64,000 nt of DNA from Marsupella aquatica. Taxonomy: Eukaryota > Plantae > Marchantiophyta. Under the pieces are notes generated by a model. It saw only the letters and a program-made list of their open reading frames with translations. It was not told the origin of the DNA and did no database searches. A program made the translations under genes and the position numbers. Shown here piece by piece: positions 62,300-64,000 of this stretch. Where the stretch lies: assembly GCA_973895155.1 (NCBI GenBank), contig OZ316894.1, positions 1,152,853 to 1,216,852 of the forward strand. The letters are read 5' to 3'. The first letter of the stretch is position 1, and each line of letters begins with the position of its first letter.

Positions 62300-62745
62300 T
62301 TGTTTCATTGCGCCAGTAAGCAGCCTTTCATCACATTAGTACGGACCACTTAAATATAGAAACGAAGAGTGTTTAGTTTGTTTGGTTGTGCCTGTAACCA
62401 GTGTTTAATCACATTAGTACTTGAATATAGAAATGAAGAGGGTTTATTTTGTTTGGTTGTGCCTGTAACCAGTGTTTAATCACATTAGTACATACCACTT
62501 ACATATTAAAATTAAGAGTGTTTACTTTGTTTGGTTAGTACATACCACTTAAATATAGAAATGAAGAGTGTTTACTTTGTTTGGTACTGCCCTTTACCAG
62601 CCTTTAAAACTTAGATATAGAAATGAGCAGTGTTTATATTGTTTGGTTCTGCCCTTGACCACATTAGTATGGAAATCTTAAATATAGAAATAAAGATTGT
62701 TGATTTTGTTTGGTTGCGCCCGTAACCAGCCTTTAATTGCATAAG
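62300..62745. repeat. AT-rich minisatellite (~55-80 bp variable unit, about 6 copies)
   Basis: Recurrent acttaaatatagaaatgaagagtgttta.tttgtttggtt.tgcc.gtaacca and cacattagtac. Confidence 0.85.
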
Positions 62746-64000
62746 TATGATAAATGGCATGAACAAGTAGCCAGGTTGAATGTCCTCACCGTTATTTATG
62801 TTTTAAAAATAAGCACTCAGCTAGTCTTAACTTAGCCAGATCCTAAACTTGGTTCTGGTTGAATGTACACACTCTTCTACCTAAAGTTTCCCTCTTTACA
62901 CACAAATCATCCTAGACACCCGCATTTGCTTCATCCACTTTAAGTGGACAGGGCCACATTAGCTTGGAAGCAAGGTTTCAATGATTCTCAGGTTTGCTCA
63001 ATCTGTACACATCATCAACTAGGGTAATATTGCATTTAGATGGGCTTTATGCAAGAAACTTAAGATGGGCCTTTCTCTCTTGGTGAAACTTTTAGGAAGT
63101 GTGTCACCTCAAGGTGACCTGCTTGTTTGGCTTCAAGTTAGTGGCTACTCTAGCTATTCTACACTTGACAAATGAGGTTGGTTCCCCGGCCCAAATAGGC
63201 TTGGCTTCCGTCTTAGCCAGTGGCTCCTCTTTAGAATAAGGAGCCTGATCTATTCCAGTCAGAGTTGGTACTGACAGGTTGCAACCTCAATCATGTCCCT
63301 GGGGTGCGATGGTAACAATTGCTCATGGCGACAGCCCCCCTGATGGTCATGTCTACCTTAGTTAGAATCCCCACACTACTATACTAGGTAGGAACGAGCC
63401 CCCCCCCCCCCCCCCCCCACTTATGGTTTAAGTCTCCAATCTTGAACTAATGCAAAACTCTTTCCAAACTTCCTGCTTCAAAATCTCTTGAGCTGATAAA
63501 TAACCTTCCAAATGACTATAAAACCTTCTTGATGTAAGAACTTATTTGCAGCCATACTCACATTTTGGATGTCTTTGTGGCCTTATTGTTGTTTGGATGT
63601 TTTTGTGGCCTTTCAAACATGTAGATGTTCAGACAGCTTCCTGGCCTCCCTACTCTTGGTCAAGTTGACTTCAAAACAACCTTCATTGAACATGCTTGTG
63701 TATCAGACACCAGCAAAGTTTAAGGGTTCCATCTTTAGGATGGAAACCTCATGACTCCGGCTATGCAGTGCTGGCCAGCGTGTTTTAGCCATTGGGCACC
63801 CAAACCCCCATGTCTGACTTTTTCCCCCTTTCTGCCCCTCGCCACCCCTTGTTCCCGGTCCCGCCTTTTGCTGACAACTCAAGTATCATCTTGACTTAAA
63901 TTGTCCATGTATGGGGTTACATAAGGCCCTTGCCCACATACCTCCACCTCTCTACCTGTATAAGATGCTCTGTCAGAATAAAAAGGTTTGGACCCCCCTT

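Noticed and set aside
63398-63418. Poly-C tract of about 21 nt
   Set aside because: A simple homopolymer in TE-like sequence; its length may be an assembly artefact.

Overview
Eukaryotic nuclear DNA from a land plant. A non-seed plant (bryophyte-like) is inferred from the PLS-DYW PPR style and the gene content. Protein genes: (1) an intronless GT34 glycosyltransferase with two tandem catalytic domains (-); (2) a SERF/4F5 small protein (+); (3) an unannotated 4-exon gene that I assembled by hand (-, 490 aa), with an MLKL/RPW8/HeLo-like helical N-terminus, a Cbl-EF-hand-like segment and two tandem beta-barrel repeats; (4) a plastid-targeted NAD(P)-binding Rossmann protein (-, 8 exons) that contains an AT-AC U12-type intron; (5) an intronless glucose-6-phosphate 1-epimerase (-); (6) a PLS-DYW PPR RNA-editing factor (+); (7) multi-exon RAD50 (-); (8) RabD/Rab1 with an intronless CDS (+). 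Also present: a 5'-half tRNA-Glu(CTC) that breaks exactly at position 37/38, a possible decayed FAM46/TENT5-like nucleotidyltransferase, a foldback element, Mutator-like MITEs with 10-bp target duplications whose empty sites lie in the same window, and several mini- and microsatellites. All family calls come from motif recognition by eye; no database searches were run.
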